Shown in pieces: positions 1-8,070 of a DNA stretch of 40,386 nt. The notes beneath the pieces are model-generated. The model was not told where the DNA came from. It did not search any database and was given only the letters and a program-made list of their open reading frames with translations. The DNA is from an uncultured Eubacteriales bacterium (GTDB lineage Bacteria; Bacillota; Clostridia; Lachnospirales; Bianqueaceae): the NCBI GenBank assembly GCA_959029275.1, contig CAUFVC010000001.1:1-40386 (forward strand), read 5' to 3'. Position numbers and translations under genes: made by a program. Position 1 is the stretch's first letter; every line of letters starts with the position of its first letter.

Positions 1-53
1 CCCGACCTATACCCTTAGCAGGGGCACCTCTTCGGCCACTTGAGTACTTCTCC
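1..53 (-). tRNA. tRNA-Ser(GCT), 3' part cut off by the window edge
   Basis: Minus strand reads GGAGAAGTACTCAAGTGGCCGAAGAGGTGCCCCTGCTAAGGGTATAGGTCGGG. This gives the acceptor 5' strand, D-arm, anticodon loop CT-GCT-AA and the start of a long variable arm. Confidence 0.93.
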
Positions 54-125
54 AGCTCTACGAATGTTGCCATCACGGCGATCCTTTAATTGTATGCACA
101 AAGATACAATTATAGTGCAAAAATT

Positions 126-154
126 ATTATACTAGATTAAGCCCTTCTTGTCAA
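126..154 (-). promoter_or_regulatory. sigma-A promoter for tRNA-Ser
   Basis: Perfect TTGACA (154-149)-17 nt-TATAAT (131-126) pointing at the tRNA. Confidence 0.85.
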
Positions 155-251
155 CGCTGTTTTACATTTTTTCCAAACTTTTTTGCAGAGATAGGTACAG
201 TCCAACTCTGGTTAAACTGCAATGCTTCATTGGGATTATGCCTTTCATCTC

Positions 252-292
252 AAAAATAAAAGAAGCAGATTGTCAGATGACAAAGTGCTTCT
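252..292 (-). terminator. Intrinsic terminator after the lipoprotein gene
   Basis: Hairpin AGAAGCA..TTGTCA/TGACAA..TGCTTCT (261-292) followed on the minus strand by TTTATTTTT. Confidence 0.65.
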
Positions 293-313
293 AAAACTAT
301 ATGCAAAATTTAA

Positions 314-619
314 TTATCGGCTGCTATCGTTGCTGTTCCTCTCACTGCTATTGTGGTCCGCGCTATCATCTCCACTGTTTGGCAGCATATCGTCGATTCC
401 CTCTTTGATATCGCTTCCGAGATCGTGGATACCGTCACTGAGATCATTTAAGCCATTGCTGATGTCGTCACCGAGATTCGTGCTGTGTTCAGAGCTCTCA
501 TTTGTAATGTTACTGTTCGCGCCATTATGGGAGCTATTGTTGTCTTTTCCGCCCTTGCACGCCGTCATAAGCGATAGGCAAAAGATTAAGGCGATTGCTA
601 TGCCAAGATACTTTTTCAT
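314..619 (-). CDS. Small acidic N/S/D-rich lipoprotein, function unknown
   Basis: MKK, then a hydrophobic stretch and lipobox (LMTA-C); AGGAGG RBS; low-complexity mature part. Confidence 0.8.
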   Translation of the reverse strand: MKKYLGIAIALIFCLSLMTACKGGKDNNSSHNGANSNITNESSEHSTNLGDDISNGLNDLSDGIHDLGSDIKEGIDDMLPNSGDDSADHNSSERNSNDSSR

Positions 620-677
620 TATGGTTTCCTCCTATAATAAAATAATGAACAATACTATCTTGGCCAATTATTAAAAA

Positions 678-1178
678 TTAATACATACTCCCAATTTTTT
701 CCATAATCATACAGACAAGTTCTCTTGTAGGCTTAAACTCAAAGTAGTGCGCCCCCTTTTGAGCATCAAGATAAATACAATAGTAGACTGGCGCTTGATG
801 GGATATATTATAATATCGATCCCTCGTCATATACTTCTTTTTCCCATCCTCCTGGTGGTCGAGGGACGTCACCCTGGCGATTTTTTCAATATCCGCCACC
901 GAGATATTGAGTATTAGCCGCTCCCTTTTTCCCTTTCCTACATAGATCGTCAGCTCATCGCTGATCAGGCCATACCGGTACTGCGTTGTCTCATGGCCAA
1001 ATATCCAGTAGACGCCGAGAAAAAATGATACGATGGTCACCACATCTCTCCAGAAAACCCAGGGCAGAAAGTGATACATCAGGATATTAGAGCTCAGCAT
1101 AAACGCAATGACAATAAAGACTTTTATGATAAGCTCCGTAACCCATGCATTTTTGTTGTTAGAATTTTCGTTATACAT
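678..1178 (-). CDS. Membrane protein with two TM helices and a soluble C-terminal domain (DUF6106-like)
   Basis: Two hydrophobic segments, then a YRYGLISDELTI...KRERLILNI...IEKIA...FEFKP pattern that resembles clostridial DUF6106 proteins (from memory). Confidence 0.6.
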   Translation of the reverse strand: MYNENSNNKNAWVTELIIKVFIVIAFMLSSNILMYHFLPWVFWRDVVTIVSFFLGVYWIFGHETTQYRYGLISDELTIYVGKGKRERLILNISVADIEKIARVTSLDHQEDGKKKYMTRDRYYNISHQAPVYYCIYLDAQKGAHYFEFKPTRELVCMIMEKIGSMY

Positions 1179-1221
1179 GTATGTTCTCCCCCGCCTTGCC
1201 TCTACTCAATATTCCCGGCCT

Positions 1222-1770
1222 CTATTCCTGATAGGCTAGCGCTGCCATATCGTATAGATTTGTGCCATCCCTATCAATGACCACCGTCAGCGGAAAATCG
1301 ACCACCTCTAACTTTCGCACCGCTTCCGTCCCCAGGTCCTCCCAGGCAATCAATTCACAGCTTTTAATTCGACTTGCCAAAAGCGCGCCCGCGCCGCCAG
1401 TTGCCGCAAAATAGACAGCTCCATTGGCGACCATGGCGTTGATCACCTCCTGCGCGCGCTGCCCCTTTCCGATCATCCCCTTGAGTCCACGCTCTATGAG
1501 TTTCGGCGCATACGCATCCATGCGCCCACTCGTTGTCGGACCTGCCGAGCCGATAACCTGGCCCGGCTTTGCTGGGGTCGGTCCAACATAGTAGATAACA
1601 GCTCCCTCTAATGGAAAGGGAAGCCTCTGCCCGCTCTCCAAAGCCTGGCACATTCGTTTGTGGGCGGCATCCCGGGCCGTGTAGACAACGCCGCTTAACA
1701 GCACAGTATCCCCCGCCTTCAGCGTCTGCATCGTTTTCTCCGTCATGGGGGCGCTAATTCGCTTTATCAT
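1222..1770 (-). CDS. Fe-S hydro-lyase (class I fumarate hydratase/tartrate dehydratase) beta subunit
   Basis: Motifs TARDAAHKR, YYVGP, GSAGPTTSGRMD, MIGKG, DLGTEA; start set at ATG 1770 behind AAAGGAG. Confidence 0.93.
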   Translation of the reverse strand: MIKRISAPMTEKTMQTLKAGDTVLLSGVVYTARDAAHKRMCQALESGQRLPFPLEGAVIYYVGPTPAKPGQVIGSAGPTTSGRMDAYAPKLIERGLKGMIGKGQRAQEVINAMVANGAVYFAATGGAGALLASRIKSCELIAWEDLGTEAVRKLEVVDFPLTVVIDRDGTNLYDMAALAYQE

Positions 1771-1789
1771 TGTGGAATCGCTTCTCCTT

Positions 1790-2632
1790 TTATAGCGTAA
1801 TGGACTCATGTCTTGCCACATGGCAATTGATATTCACAGCTACCGGCATACCTCCGATATGGGTTGGATAGGTCTCGATGGCTAGCCAGAGCGCTGTGGT
1901 TGACCCGCCAAACCCTTGGGGGCCAATTCCCAGCCGGTTAACTTTTCTTAACAGCTCCCTTTCGATATCCGCCCACCTCTCATCTCGGGAATGTTCTCCC
2001 ACAGGGCGCAACAGCGCTTGCTTCGCTAAACAAGCCACCTTCTCAAAATTTCCTCCCACGCCGACGCCTATGACCAGCGGCGGGCACGCATTGCTCCCCG
2101 CTAGCTTAACTGTCTCTATAACCGCATCCTCGATTCCTTGCAAGCCCTGAGAAGGTTTGCACATGTATAGCCGGCTCATATTCTCACTTCCGATCCCCTT
2201 TGGCGCTACCGTAATCTTGAGGGCCTCCCCGGGAACAATGGTATAGTGAATGATTGCGGGGGTGTTGTTTTTTGTATTGATCCGGTCCAAAGGATCTTTT
2301 ACAACAGAGCTGCGCAGATAGCCTTCCGTATATCCCTTGGCCACTCCCTGGTTGATGGCATCCTCCAGCGCTGCCCCCTGAATGTGTACATCCTGACCGA
2401 TCTCACAGAACACCACCGCCAACCCGGTATCTTGGCAAATCGGCATGGCGTTTTCCCGGGCAATCTGCGCGTTTTCCAACAGCTGATCCAATATCTCCAT
2501 TCCGACTGGCGATCTCTCATGCCCCTTAGCCCTCCGCAGAGCCATTTCTGTCTCCTGGTTTAAATCTATATTGGCCTTCACACAGAGCGAGGCCACTGCA
2601 TTCACAATGCAATCCGTATCGATTGTCCTCAT
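1790..2632 (-). CDS. Fe-S hydro-lyase (class I fumarate hydratase) alpha subunit
   Basis: Motifs PICQDTG, NTKNNTP, KGIGSEN, NACPP, GIGPQGFGG, NCHVARH; alternative in-frame start at 2644. Confidence 0.93.
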   Translation of the reverse strand: MRTIDTDCIVNAVASLCVKANIDLNQETEMALRRAKGHERSPVGMEILDQLLENAQIARENAMPICQDTGLAVVFCEIGQDVHIQGAALEDAINQGVAKGYTEGYLRSSVVKDPLDRINTKNNTPAIIHYTIVPGEALKITVAPKGIGSENMSRLYMCKPSQGLQGIEDAVIETVKLAGSNACPPLVIGVGVGGNFEKVACLAKQALLRPVGEHSRDERWADIERELLRKVNRLGIGPQGFGGSTTALWLAIETYPTHIGGMPVAVNINCHVARHESITL

Positions 2633-2638
2633 ATCCAT

Positions 2639-2697
2639 CTCCATTTCTGCGCTGCTCTATGTACAGAGAGAATTTGTGTCCCACAGCGCACAGACAC
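2639..2697 (-). repeat. Sequence-divergent copy of the intergenic pseudoknot/AATGGAG element
   Basis: Minus strand: GTGTCT-G-TGCGCTG-TG-GGACAC...hairpin CTCTG/TAGAG...CAGCGCA-GAAATGGAG-N6-ATG. Confidence 0.5.
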
Positions 2698-2720
2698 TTT
2701 TTCCTCATACCCACGGCACA

Positions 2721-2734
2721 ATTTCCCGGGAAAC
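2721..2734. promoter_or_regulatory. Noc-binding site (NBS)-like palindrome
   Basis: ATTTCCCGGGAAAC, 13/14 match to the B. subtilis NBS consensus ATTTCCCGGGAAAT; noc is in the window. Confidence 0.7.
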
Positions 2735-2750
2735 AATTTATAATGCCCGC

Positions 2751-4193
2751 TTATTTTTTTCGATATAGGGAAGGAGACATGGCCAACAAAAGCGGAAAGA
2801 TTTCCAATCTCCCAAACAGCATCGCCAAGGACAATGTCAATTTCGACAGATTCGAAAACTCGGAAAAATTCCCACTAGGCCCTACCATCCCCAATCCAGG
2901 TCCTATATTGCCCATGCAGGCCACAACGGAGCTGAAGGTTGTGGTAAAGTCAAATCCGTCCAGCGATACGATGAGGGATAACAAAAATAAGAGCAGCATA
3001 TAGCTGATGAAAAATAGACTGACATTGTCAACCGTCTCCTGCTGCAATGTTTTTCCATCCATCTTGATGGCGCCGACCATCCGCGGATGGATGAGTTTAT
3101 AAATGTCCCGCCGGACCTTTTTTAGCAGGATAAGCAGCCTTGAAACCTTCAGTCCTCCCCCTGTGGATCCTGCGCACGCTCCCACGAACATAAGCAAAAG
3201 TAAAATCATCTGCGCGATCTCAGGCCACTGACAATAATCTGCCGTTGCGTACCCTGTCGTCGTAATAATGGAGCTCACCTGAAAAAATGCCAGCCGGAAC
3301 GACTCTCCAAAACCGCCGTATTGAGGCATAATGGAAAATGTGATCACCAGAGTCGCCACTAAGATGATACTCAAATACCAAAACAATTCTTCATTTTTGA
3401 TCACCAGCTTGAATTCTCGGGCAAGCAACAGAAAAAAGATGGCAAAGTTGACCCCAAACAGCATCATAAAAATCGCGATGACATACTCCAAATAGGGACT
3501 TCCGTAAGCGGCGATGCTGGCGTTCATGATGGAAAAGCCTCCTGTGCCGGCTGTCCCAAATGCATGAACGAGGCTATCAAATACAGGCATTTTTCCTGCC
3601 ATCAAAAAGATAACTTCCACAAATGTCAGCAGAATATAGATGCCATACAATAATTTTGCCGTGCCCTTAATCCGCGGCACCAACTTTTCCATCATGGGTC
3701 CCGGCATCTCCGCGCGCATTACATGGATGGAGCGATCCCCCGCCAGCGGCACGATGGCCATGACAAAGACCAAAACTCCCATGCCTCCGATCCAATGGGT
3801 AAAGCTCCTCCAAAATAGGAGGCCCTTGGGAAGCGTCTCAATCTCCGTCAGAATACTTGCCCCCGTCGTCGTAAATCCCGATATTGTCTCAAAGAGGCTA
3901 TCAATATAGGATGGTATCGCGCCGCTGATGTAGAATGGCAGCGCCCCGAAGATGGACACTAGGAGCCATGCAAAGGCAACGATCGTAAAGCCTTCTTTTG
4001 CATAAATCACGCGATTGCGCACCTTGACAAGAAGCGCTCCGGCGCTGGCCGCAGCCGTAATGATAATCGTAATTAAAAATGCGCTTGCAGAGGAATCCTG
4101 GTATAAAACCGCTGTCAAGAGCGGAAGCAAGAGCAGCGCTGTCTCCGCAGCCAAAACCCGCCCGATCGTGTTGATAATCATTCGATAGTTCAT
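2751..4193 (-). CDS. trkH: Trk potassium uptake membrane protein TrkH
   Basis: Multi-TM protein with pore motifs FETISGFTTTG, WIGGMG, GTGGF, TTTGY, GACAGSTGGG, GNIGPG, GRLE; alternative start at 4205. Confidence 0.95.
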   Translation of the reverse strand: MNYRMIINTIGRVLAAETALLLLPLLTAVLYQDSSASAFLITIIITAAASAGALLVKVRNRVIYAKEGFTIVAFAWLLVSIFGALPFYISGAIPSYIDSLFETISGFTTTGASILTEIETLPKGLLFWRSFTHWIGGMGVLVFVMAIVPLAGDRSIHVMRAEMPGPMMEKLVPRIKGTAKLLYGIYILLTFVEVIFLMAGKMPVFDSLVHAFGTAGTGGFSIMNASIAAYGSPYLEYVIAIFMMLFGVNFAIFFLLLAREFKLVIKNEELFWYLSIILVATLVITFSIMPQYGGFGESFRLAFFQVSSIITTTGYATADYCQWPEIAQMILLLLMFVGACAGSTGGGLKVSRLLILLKKVRRDIYKLIHPRMVGAIKMDGKTLQQETVDNVSLFFISYMLLLFLLSLIVSLDGFDFTTTFSSVVACMGNIGPGLGMVGPSGNFSEFSNLSKLTLSLAMLFGRLEIFPLLLAMSPSLYRKK

Positions 4194-4199
4194 TTCAAT

Positions 4200-4277
4200 C
4201 TCCATTCCGGAGCGTTCCCACAGGGCGAAGAAAAACTTCAGCCGTGAGAGCTATCTGTGGCGCTCCGGCACAAATAG
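4200..4277 (-). repeat. Intergenic structured repeat element, copy 1 (predicted three-stem H-type pseudoknot next to the RBS)
   Basis: Shares a 17-nt identical block and a 26/28-nt block with 15321-15392. S1 CTATTTGTG/CACAGATAG, S2 CCGGAGCG/CGCTCCGG. Confidence 0.8.
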
Positions 4278-4286
4278 TCATGTGCC

Positions 4287-5645
4287 CTACATACGGAAAA
4301 TATCGTTCAGCTCTCGGAGGCCATTGATGGTCGTTACCACAATCACGCTATCCCCCAGCTGAATCGTATCCTGGCCGCTTGGTATAATGATCTGTCCCTT
4401 TCGGGTGATACAGGCAACCAAGAGATTCTTTTTTAATTCAATGTCCTTCAAGGGCACGTTTAATCCCCGAAAACTCTCTCTCACCCTGAATTCCAAAGCC
4501 TCCACTTGATTGTCCACAATCTTTGTCATGGTCTCCACGTTACTGCCCCAAGAATTCTGCATGGCGCGAACATACCGAATAATATGGTTTGCTGTAATAT
4601 ATTTCGGAGATATGATACAGTCGATCCCCGCGTTTTCCATAATCTCCATAAACGTAAGATGGTTGATCTTGGTGATAACCTTATCGACTCCCCTGGAGAT
4701 GGCATACATGGAAATGATAACATTCTCTTCATCCATGTTGGTCAGCGCAACAAAGGCATCGACTCCCTCAATCCCCTCTTCATTCAGGACTTCCTGGTCG
4801 GACCCATCTGCATTGATGATCATCGCCTTGGGAAGCGAATCGGTCAGTTGGCTGCACTGCTCAGGGTCGATCTCAATGATTTTTACCTTCATTCCTAGAT
4901 TGCAGATCTGATTGCACAAATAGTACGCGATCTTGCCTCCGCCTACGATCATCACCGTTTTAATTTTGTGCATTAAAATCCCAATCTGCCTGAAAAAATC
5001 TGTCATATTCTTGGGGGAGGCGGTAATCGTAACTTTATCGCCTTCCTGTAAGCGAAAATCGCCGTTCGGTATAAAAACTGCGCCTTTCCTCTGAACCGCG
5101 CAAATCAAAATTCGAATTTTATATTTAGAATACAGTGTGTGGATGGCCATTCCGCCCAACGGGCTGTTAGGCATGACCTTAAATTCAGCCAACTCCACCT
5201 TGCCCCTAGAAAAAGAGTCAATTTTTATGGCGGACGGAAATTGTAAGATACGGGCAATCTCGGCCGCCGCCGCGGCCTCCGGGTTGACCGCCATGCTCAG
5301 CCCCAACTCGTCCTTGATAAAGCTCATCTCATCTGAGTATTCCGGGTTGCGAACTCTCGCAATGGTGTGCTTTGCTCCCAGTTTCTTCGCAATAAGACAG
5401 CAGATGATATTCAACTCGTCGCGGGATGTGACGGCGATCATTAGATCTGCCTCCTGGACGCCCGCCTTCTCCTGAATCTTATAATTCGCTCCATTGCCTT
5501 TGATGCAATTCACGTCTAACGTGTTGCTTGAGTTGTTCAATACAGTTTCATTGTTGTCGATGATGACGATGTCGTGCCCCTCTTTAGCCAGCTGCTGCGA
5601 CAGTGTGAATCCCACTTTGCCATCGCCTACAATCACTATCTTCAT
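4287..5645 (-). CDS. trkA: Trk potassium uptake regulatory subunit TrkA (two RCK_N/RCK_C pairs)
   Basis: Two Rossmann motifs (IVIVGDGKVG, MIVGGGKIA), IARVRNPEY, DEENVI; alternative start at 5657; adjacent to trkH. Confidence 0.95.
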   Translation of the reverse strand: MKIVIVGDGKVGFTLSQQLAKEGHDIVIIDNNETVLNNSSNTLDVNCIKGNGANYKIQEKAGVQEADLMIAVTSRDELNIICCLIAKKLGAKHTIARVRNPEYSDEMSFIKDELGLSMAVNPEAAAAAEIARILQFPSAIKIDSFSRGKVELAEFKVMPNSPLGGMAIHTLYSKYKIRILICAVQRKGAVFIPNGDFRLQEGDKVTITASPKNMTDFFRQIGILMHKIKTVMIVGGGKIAYYLCNQICNLGMKVKIIEIDPEQCSQLTDSLPKAMIINADGSDQEVLNEEGIEGVDAFVALTNMDEENVIISMYAISRGVDKVITKINHLTFMEIMENAGIDCIISPKYITANHIIRYVRAMQNSWGSNVETMTKIVDNQVEALEFRVRESFRGLNVPLKDIELKKNLLVACITRKGQIIIPSGQDTIQLGDSVIVVTTINGLRELNDIFRM

Positions 5646-5728
5646 TTTGATCTCCATTTTGCTATGATGAATTTTGATACGCTACTATCATATCACAAGT
5701 TGCGATATTTGCAATATGCAAATAAATC

Positions 5729-5742
5729 ATTTCCCAGGAAAT
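5729..5742. promoter_or_regulatory. Noc-binding site (NBS)-like palindrome
   Basis: ATTTCCCAGGAAAT, 13/14 match to the NBS consensus, in the divergent trkA/aminopeptidase intergenic region. Confidence 0.7.
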
Positions 5743-5756
5743 ATTCGTGAGATTAC

Positions 5757-5785
5757 TTGTGATTCTTACCCTTTCAGGATATAAT
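5757..5785 (+). promoter_or_regulatory. sigma-A promoter for the aminopeptidase
   Basis: TTGTGA-17 nt-TATAAT upstream of an AGGAGG RBS. Confidence 0.6.
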
Positions 5786-5836
5786 AAAGAGATCATGGTT
5801 ATGTTGAAGATTATACAAAGAGGAGGCTTCCATTTT

Positions 5837-7207
5837 ATGACATCAAAAACATTGTGGGAAACGTATTCGCCGTCCATGAGAAAAGACGCAGAAAATTTCT
5901 GTGAAGGATATAAACAGCATATTTCCTCTTGCAAGACAGAGAGGGAGTGTGTCGATGCCGTGACGCGCGCGGCTGTGGAACGAGGATATAAGGACATTAC
6001 AGACGTAGGCGCCCTGACGCCAGGCGCGAAAGTGTACGCCGTGAATCGCGGAAAAATGCTGGTGTTGATCCATGTAGGGACTCTCCCTTTTGAACAGGGA
6101 TTCAATATATTAGGGGCCCACATAGACTCCCCTCGTCTGGATCTAAAGCCAAATCCCCTGTATGAAGACAGTGGCTTTGCAATGTTAAAGACACACTACT
6201 ACGGCGGCATCAAAAAATTTCAGTGGGTGACGCTTCCTCTTGCGCTCCACGGCGTTGTATTTAAGAAGGACGGCACCAAGATTCAGGTCGTAATAGGGGA
6301 AGATCCGCAGGATCCGGTATTCGGAATTTCGGATGTGCTCCCTCATCTCGGAAAGGATCAGAACGAAAAAACGCTTCCCAAAGCCTTTACAGGGGAAGAT
6401 CTCAATATCTGTTTTGGCAGTATTCCTATTGAGGGGGAGGGTTCTGAGCGGGTCAAAGACTCCGTCCTCTCTATCTTGAAAGACAAGTACTCCATCGAGG
6501 AAGATGACTTTCAATCAGCGGAGATAGAGGTTGTCCCGGCGGGACAGGCACGCGATTATGGCATCGATCGCAGTATGATCCTTGCCTACGGGCATGATGA
6601 CCGCATTTGCAGCTATACTTCCTACATGGCGATGCTGGACGAGGACGCCGTTCCCGCTAAAACCTGTGTCACCCTATTGGTCGATAAAGAAGAAATCGGC
6701 AGTGTCGGCGCGACGGGTATGCACTCAAGATTTTTTGAAAATACAATGGCTCAAATTATTGAAAAATGCGGCCATTACTCAGAACTGTCCCTCCGAAAGG
6801 CGCTGGCCGCCTCGTGGATGCTCTCCGCCGATGTCAGCGCAGGTTTTGATCCCAAATACGCATCCGTCCATGAAAAGAATAATGCACCGTTTTTTGGGAA
6901 AGGCCCTGTGCTTCACAAGTACACCGGCGCCGGCGGAAAAAGCGGCTCCAATGACGCGTCGGCAGAGTATATTGCGAGACTTCGCCGCTTGTTTGATCAG
7001 GAGGCTATCCAATTTCAGATGGCAGAGTTAGGCAAGGTGGATCAGGGCGGCGGCGGAACCATCGCGTATATTCCCGCCCAGTATGCAATGGATGTCATCG
7101 ATCTGGGAATTCCGCTCCATAGTATGCATGCCCCGTGGGAAGTGGCGTCCAAGGTTGATATATTTGAAGCCTATCGGGCATACCGCGCCTTTTTGAAAAA
7201 TATGTAA
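5837..7207 (+). CDS. M18 family aminopeptidase (ApeA-like)
   Basis: Motifs GAHIDSPRLDLKP, THYYGGIKK, GHDDRIC, DKEEIGS, SADV, GGGTI, SMHAPWE; start moved to ATG 5837 after AGGAGG. Confidence 0.92.
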   Translation: MTSKTLWETYSPSMRKDAENFCEGYKQHISSCKTERECVDAVTRAAVERGYKDITDVGALTPGAKVYAVNRGKMLVLIHVGTLPFEQGFNILGAHIDSPRLDLKPNPLYEDSGFAMLKTHYYGGIKKFQWVTLPLALHGVVFKKDGTKIQVVIGEDPQDPVFGISDVLPHLGKDQNEKTLPKAFTGEDLNICFGSIPIEGEGSERVKDSVLSILKDKYSIEEDDFQSAEIEVVPAGQARDYGIDRSMILAYGHDDRICSYTSYMAMLDEDAVPAKTCVTLLVDKEEIGSVGATGMHSRFFENTMAQIIEKCGHYSELSLRKALAASWMLSADVSAGFDPKYASVHEKNNAPFFGKGPVLHKYTGAGGKSGSNDASAEYIARLRRLFDQEAIQFQMAELGKVDQGGGGTIAYIPAQYAMDVIDLGIPLHSMHAPWEVASKVDIFEAYRAYRAFLKNM

Positions 7208-7230
7208 ATATTGAAAATGCACGCCGCTTG

Positions 7231-7265
7231 AGGCCCGCTGCAACCCTGTGTTTCAGCGGGCTTTT
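7231..7265 (+). terminator. Intrinsic terminator after the aminopeptidase
   Basis: AGGCCCGCTG...CAGCGGGCTT followed by a short T run. Confidence 0.6.
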
Positions 7266-7353
7266 AAGAAATTTGTAAGAAACAACCGTTGGCATTTTTT
7301 AAACTTATGTGCTACAGTATTGTATATAAAGAAATGCGAAAGGACGTAGGGAA

Positions 7354-8070
7354 ATGGACAACTATAGAATACTGGTTGTTGACGATGACGAGGCAATCCG
7401 GGATGCCGTTGAAATCTATCTTCGCCAAGAAAATATGCAGGTTTTGAAGGCGGCAAATGGAATCGAGGCCCTTCGGATTCTCGAAAAAGAGCAGGTGCAT
7501 CTGATTCTGATGGACATCATGATGCCCCGTATGGACGGTATGAACGCCACGATTAAAATCCGAGAAAAGTTGAATATTCCCATCATTATGCTCTCTGCCA
7601 AGTCGGAGGATACCGATAAGATTCTAGGCCTCAACATTGGCGCAGATGATTATGTGACAAAGCCATTCAACCCACTGGAGCTTGTGGCACGGGTAAAGTC
7701 CAATCTTCGCCGTTATACCGCTCTGGGCAATCTCAATTCGCCAGATGCGGCAGAATCTGAGGAATCCAGCGACGAGATCGTAGTCCGCGGATTGACCTTG
7801 AATACTAGCACAAAGACAGCGTTTGTCAACGGCGAGGAGGTTCGCCTGACGCCCCTGGAGTATAAGATTTTGGAGCTTCTCATGCTGAACAAGGGCCGCG
7901 TGTTTTCCATAGAAGAGATCTACGACCGCGTCTGGCAGGAGCCGGCTATCAACGCAAACAATACAGTGGCCGTCCATATTCGCCGCATCCGCGAAAAGAT
8001 CGAGGTCAACCCTCAGAATCCTGAATATTTAAAGGTGGTGTGGGGTATTGGCTACAAAATCGAGCGCTAA
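7354..8070 (+). CDS. OmpR/PhoB family response regulator
   Basis: Receiver domain (VVDDD, DIMMP, SAK, GADDYVTKPF) and winged helix (VHIRRIREKIE, VWGIGYK). Confidence 0.95.
   Translation: MDNYRILVVDDDEAIRDAVEIYLRQENMQVLKAANGIEALRILEKEQVHLILMDIMMPRMDGMNATIKIREKLNIPIIMLSAKSEDTDKILGLNIGADDYVTKPFNPLELVARVKSNLRRYTALGNLNSPDAAESEESSDEIVVRGLTLNTSTKTAFVNGEEVRLTPLEYKILELLMLNKGRVFSIEEIYDRVWQEPAINANNTVAVHIRRIREKIEVNPQNPEYLKVVWGIGYKIER

Noticed and set aside
4200..4277. HDV-like ribozyme or a known pseudoknot riboswitch (preQ1-II, SAM-II, ZTP) as the identity of the element
   Set aside because: There is no P3/L3 or P1.1 of the HDV fold and none of the ligand-core sequences I know, and the downstream genes share no metabolite. 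An Rfam scan is still needed.
4194..4289. Retrovirus-like stop read-through (UAG + spacer + pseudoknot) fusing TrkA to TrkH
   Set aside because: The genes are in frame, but the spacer has in-frame TGA and TAG stops, and in copy 2 argS and the kinase are out of frame (77 nt).
5646..5730. c-di-AMP (ydaO) riboswitch upstream of trkA
   Set aside because: A TTGCAA..TATGAT promoter leaves a leader of only about 40 nt, with no riboswitch motifs.
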